Assembly: GCA_003568775.1 (NCBI GenBank) | Contig: MWMI01000006.1 | Coordinates: forward strand, 1-26,539 | Direction of reading: 5' to 3' | From: Candidatus Nanoclepta minutus | Lineage (GTDB): Archaea; Nanobdellota; Nanobdellia; Nanobdellales; Nanobdellaceae | DNA length: 26,539 nucleotides | Shown: piece after piece, positions 23,777-26,539 of the stretch | How the letters are laid out: the number at the start of each line of letters is the position of its first letter | Position numbering within the stretch: the first letter of the stretch is position 1 | Position numbers and translations under genes: made by a program | The notes under the pieces: generated by a model | Database searches by the model: none | Seen by the model: the letters and a program-made list of their open reading frames with translations, nothing else | What the model was told of the DNA's origin: nothing

Positions 23777-25089
23777 ATATACCCTAATAGTTTGGCGGTT
23801 TTTATGTCTAAATAATATACCTCATACTCGTCCTTAAGTTTTTCATAGATCCTTCTAGACAATATACCCGTCGGGCATGTTAGCAAGTATCTTTTCCCTT
23901 TCTCAAACTTTACCTTATCTATATCTCTTATATCAACAACTATGAGATCTTTTTTATCTGGTAATCTAATATCTTCCCCTTTAATATCATCCAATGATTT
24001 TATCTCATAAACCTTCTCAATTTCTTCATCAAATTTCATGCCTATCTTAAGGAGTTCCTCCTCAACTATTTTCCTATCAGGCTTCGTAGTTGGATGCCTT
24101 TCTATTTCACATATTTCGGGAGCTTTAAAATCATAGAATCCGAGTCTCTTTGAAGTTTCTATAATCTCATCTTTATTAAACCCTATTAAGGGCCTATAAA
24201 CAGGTATTGAAACGAAACTATTTAATAAATTTAGGGAATAAATGGTTTGAGAAGATACCTGTCCTAAGGATTCTCCCGTAACTATCCCATCATACTTAAA
24301 TTTCTTTGAAAATTCTTCAGCAATTTTATACATTATAAGCTTATATAAGACTTGTCTATACCCTTCCCTAACCTTAAACAAAATGTCTATATCTAGGTCG
24401 TAGACAAATAGTCTTGAATCTGGAAAATATTCCTTCATAACGTTAAAGGATCTTATAATAAACTTCAAGTAAGACCTTCCAGCTATGTTTATGAACAAGA
24501 AGTCCAATTTCATACCTCTCTTACCCATCATATAGGCAGCTACCGGGGAGTCTATTCCTCCTGAAAATAGTACTATTCCTCTCCCTTCGGATCCTAAGGG
24601 GAGTCCGCCCGGTCCGTATATTACTCTGTCGTATAGAAAAGTGGAAAAGTCATGTACCTCTATATATAACGTTTTATCCGGGTTCTTTACATCAACCTTC
24701 AGGCCAAATTTCTTTGATATATGCTCCCCAACGATCCTATTTAAATCATAGGAAGAAACTTCAAAGCCCTTCCATATCCTCTTAGATACAACCTTAAAGG
24801 TTCCCTTAAAACCTTCAAAAAATTTTTCAGAAGATTCCTTTATACTTTCAATATTGGATTCCGTCTTAACCGAGGGATAAATGGTCTTTATTCCAAAAAC
24901 CTTCCTCAATCTTTCTATCCAACCTTCATCATAATCTAATATAAATATCCTCCCCCTACCAACCATTAAATTTTCCACATTTATCCTCCTACCTATATCT
25001 TCTTTTAACATTTCCATCAGTTTCCTCTTAACTCTCTCAGATTTTAACCATATCTCATCAACACCTATTAATATTGAATTGTATATCAT
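23773..25089 (-). CDS. thiI: tRNA 4-thiouridine synthase ThiI (THUMP + PP-loop + short rhodanese-like tail)
   Basis: Start moved to ATG 25089 (MIYNSILIGVDEIWLKS, a typical ThiI N-terminus). PP-loop motif SGGIDSPVAAYMM. Also GESLGQVSSQT, PEICEIERHPTTKP, and a C-terminal VVDIRD...LLTCPTGILSR. Confidence 0.88.
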   Translation of the reverse strand: MIYNSILIGVDEIWLKSERVKRKLMEMLKEDIGRRINVENLMVGRGRIFILDYDEGWIERLRKVFGIKTIYPSVKTESNIESIKESSEKFFEGFKGTFKVVSKRIWKGFEVSSYDLNRIVGEHISKKFGLKVDVKNPDKTLYIEVHDFSTFLYDRVIYGPGGLPLGSEGRGIVLFSGGIDSPVAAYMMGKRGMKLDFLFINIAGRSYLKFIIRSFNVMKEYFPDSRLFVYDLDIDILFKVREGYRQVLYKLIMYKIAEEFSKKFKYDGIVTGESLGQVSSQTIYSLNLLNSFVSIPVYRPLIGFNKDEIIETSKRLGFYDFKAPEICEIERHPTTKPDRKIVEEELLKIGMKFDEEIEKVYEIKSLDDIKGEDIRLPDKKDLIVVDIRDIDKVKFEKGKRYLLTCPTGILSRRIYEKLKDEYEVYYLDIKTAKLLGYI

Positions 25090-25092
25090 ATA

Positions 25093-25971
25093 ATGAAGAT
25101 AATTTTTAGTAAAGCATTTATGTATCATAATAACCCAAAACATATTGAGAATAGAGATAGGTTAAGACCGATTATTAGACTGATAAAAGAGGAAAAAATA
25201 AAGTATGAGAGACCTTACAATTTAAACAGAAAGATATATAGATTCTTATCTTTAGCTCACTCATGGAAATACATAAAGAAAATTAATAGGATCTTTAAAA
25301 AGGCCTATAAGAAAAGGAAGATCATCTATATTGATAAAGATACCTATATATCCCCAAGATCCTATCTATCCTCTTTCTATTCTGTTTTATCTGGAATAAA
25401 GGCAATAGATATAGAAGAAGAGAGAATATTTATCCCAACTAGACCTCCAGGACATCACGCTGGGAGAAACGGAAAGGTTAATTCGACCCAGGGTTTTTGT
25501 ATATTCAATAACATAGCAATAGCTGCAATGTATGCGAGGAAAAAATATAGAACATTGATCTTAGACGTAGATATACATCATGGAAATGGTACGGAGGATA
25601 TTATAAAAAATAAGAAAAACGTTTTCTATATTTCCACCCATGCAAGGGACTACTATCCATTTACGGGATATGAATCCTACTCCAACATAATAAACTATCC
25701 GTTAGATTGGGGAACAGACGATAAGGAATATATAAAGGTCTTTAAGAATGAAATAGAACAAAAAATAAAAGAGATAGATCCTGATATTATCCTAATATCT
25801 TTAGGGCTCGATATGCACGTAAAGGATCCTTTGTCTGTATTTAAAGTTACTGAGGAATCTTATAAATATGTATTTAAATCCTTAGGGGGTTATAAGACAA
25901 TCTACTTTCTAGAGGGAGGGTACAACGAAGAGGTAATTTATATTATAGTTAAGCACCTATTAAAACTATGA
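25093..25971 (+). CDS. Histone deacetylase/AcuC/acetylpolyamine amidohydrolase family protein
   Basis: 292 aa. Contains RPPGHHAG, GFCIFNNIAIAA, DVDIHHGNGTEDI, LGLDMHVKDPL and LEGGY, so all zinc and catalytic motifs are present. Confidence 0.88.
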   Translation: MKIIFSKAFMYHNNPKHIENRDRLRPIIRLIKEEKIKYERPYNLNRKIYRFLSLAHSWKYIKKINRIFKKAYKKRKIIYIDKDTYISPRSYLSSFYSVLSGIKAIDIEEERIFIPTRPPGHHAGRNGKVNSTQGFCIFNNIAIAAMYARKKYRTLILDVDIHHGNGTEDIIKNKKNVFYISTHARDYYPFTGYESYSNIINYPLDWGTDDKEYIKVFKNEIEQKIKEIDPDIILISLGLDMHVKDPLSVFKVTEESYKYVFKSLGGYKTIYFLEGGYNEEVIYIIVKHLLKL

Positions 25972-26539
25972 ACTTCTATATCGGATTTTCGATTTCCTCA
26001 TACCAGACTGAAGGAAACAACCTCTTTACTGACTGGTATCATTTTGAGGGAAAGAAGTTACCTAAAAGCGGAAAAGCATGCAATCTATGGGAAAGATACG
26101 AGGAACTTGTACCAATATTAAAAGATTTGAATGTAAACGCCTTCAGGTTTTCTATAGAATGGTCTAGGATATTCCCCGAAAAGGAAAAGATAGATTATAA
26201 GAGCCTTAGGAGGTACATAAAGTTTACTAGTCTATTAATAGATAACGGGATAGAACCCTTTGTTACCATATGGCATTTCACGAATCCTAAATGGTTCTTA
26301 GATAATGGAGGATGGGAGGAAAAGGGGAACATCGAAGATTTTGTAGAATATGCAGATACTATAATCTCTAACTTTAGTAAGATCGGTGTAAAACACTTTA
26401 TAGTATTCAATGAACCATTGATATATATCCTATCATCATACGTAATAGGAAACTGGCCCCCATTCTCTAAGCTATCTTCTATAAAAGAGATTAACAAGAT
26501 CAAAACGATCTTAGACAATATACACAGTGCATACAAGGA
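25968..26539 (+). CDS. GH1 beta-glycosidase, 5' part; runs off the right edge
   Basis: Not in the ORF track because it is truncated. My translation from ATG 25968 gives MNFYIGFSISSYQTEGNN...NAFRFSIEWSRIFP...GIEPFVTIWHFTNPKWF...GGWEE...FNEPLIY (the NEP acid/base motif). Its ATGA overlaps the HDAC-like stop. Confidence 0.9.
   Translation, partial: MNFYIGFSISSYQTEGNNLFTDWYHFEGKKLPKSGKACNLWERYEELVPILKDLNVNAFRFSIEWSRIFPEKEKIDYKSLRRYIKFTSLLIDNGIEPFVTIWHFTNPKWFLDNGGWEEKGNIEDFVEYADTIISNFSKIGVKHFIVFNEPLIYILSSYVIGNWPPFSKLSSIKEINKIKTILDNIHSAYK

Noticed and set aside
25090-25143. The 18-codon N-terminal extension of the ThiI track ORF (MFWVIMIHKCFTKNYLHY).
   Set aside because: It overlaps the HDAC-like gene head-on and is not ThiI-like, whereas the family N-terminus begins at Met 25089.
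22-26536. The remaining short (60-130 aa) track ORFs that lie antisense to larger genes: 22-237, 1543-1818, 2295-2525, 3186-3578, 3738-3962, 4797-5045, 5960-6142, 7124-7330, 9166-9348, 13658-13966, 15017-15238, 16202-16423, 17225-17440, 17970-18254, 18743-18925, 19761-19943, 21867-22082, 23568-23837 and 26195-26536.
   Set aside because: Each is fully nested opposite a CDS with clear family motifs and shows low-complexity S/I/L/F shadow-frame composition. Two of them merely read through tRNA genes.
1-26539. A search by eye for CRISPR repeats, IS or transposase genes, integrase genes, rRNA, and additional GC-rich islands (RNase P, SRP or other structured RNAs).
   Set aside because: None was found. 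The only GC-rich islands are the three tRNAs, and the other locally GC-richer patches (for example 6400-6480, 15780-15800 and 24590-24620) encode conserved Gly/Pro-rich enzyme motifs.

Overview
This is a visibly AT-rich, very gene-dense archaeal chromosomal segment; most intergenic gaps are under 40 bp and several genes share ATGA start/stop overlaps. The three tRNA genes stand out as GC-rich islands with all-GC stems, which suggests a (hyper)thermophile (inference). I call 30 protein genes (two truncated at the window edges) and 3 tRNAs: Tyr-GUA with a 20-nt intron, Leu-CAG and Leu-UAG.

The content is overwhelmingly housekeeping or central metabolism:
- topoisomerase VI B/A
- a two-subunit 2-oxoacid:ferredoxin oxidoreductase plus an ADP-forming acetyl-CoA synthetase beta-like gene
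- two AOR-family oxidoreductases, one of them GAPOR-like
- long-form Hef helicase/nuclease
- ribosomal protein L31e
- four RNA-modification enzymes (SPOUT, NOL1/NOP2/Sun m5C methylase, Trm1, ThiI) and an aDim2-like KH protein
- a NurA-like nuclease, a UPF0282-type metallo-beta-lactamase protein, an HDAC-family deacetylase and a GH1 beta-glycosidase
- MgtC, GNAT and several small membrane or orphan proteins

I saw no CRISPR array, transposase, integrase, rRNA, large repeat or extra GC-rich island that would indicate a further structured RNA. I do not find a convincing discrete novel multi-gene system. The leads most worth a second look are:
1. An in-frame TGA that separates a conserved-looking N-terminal segment from the acdB-like gene.
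2. Both tRNA-Leu genes abutting or overlapping the stop codon of the upstream CDS.
3. A translationally coupled ThiI (with an E. coli-like rhodanese tail), MBL, minimal NurA-like, tRNA-Leu run.
4. Head-to-head genes whose start codons lie 3 and 9 bp apart.
5. A few orphan proteins (a twin C-x3-C protein and a 2-TM hairpin protein).

All family calls come from motif recognition by eye, not from searches.
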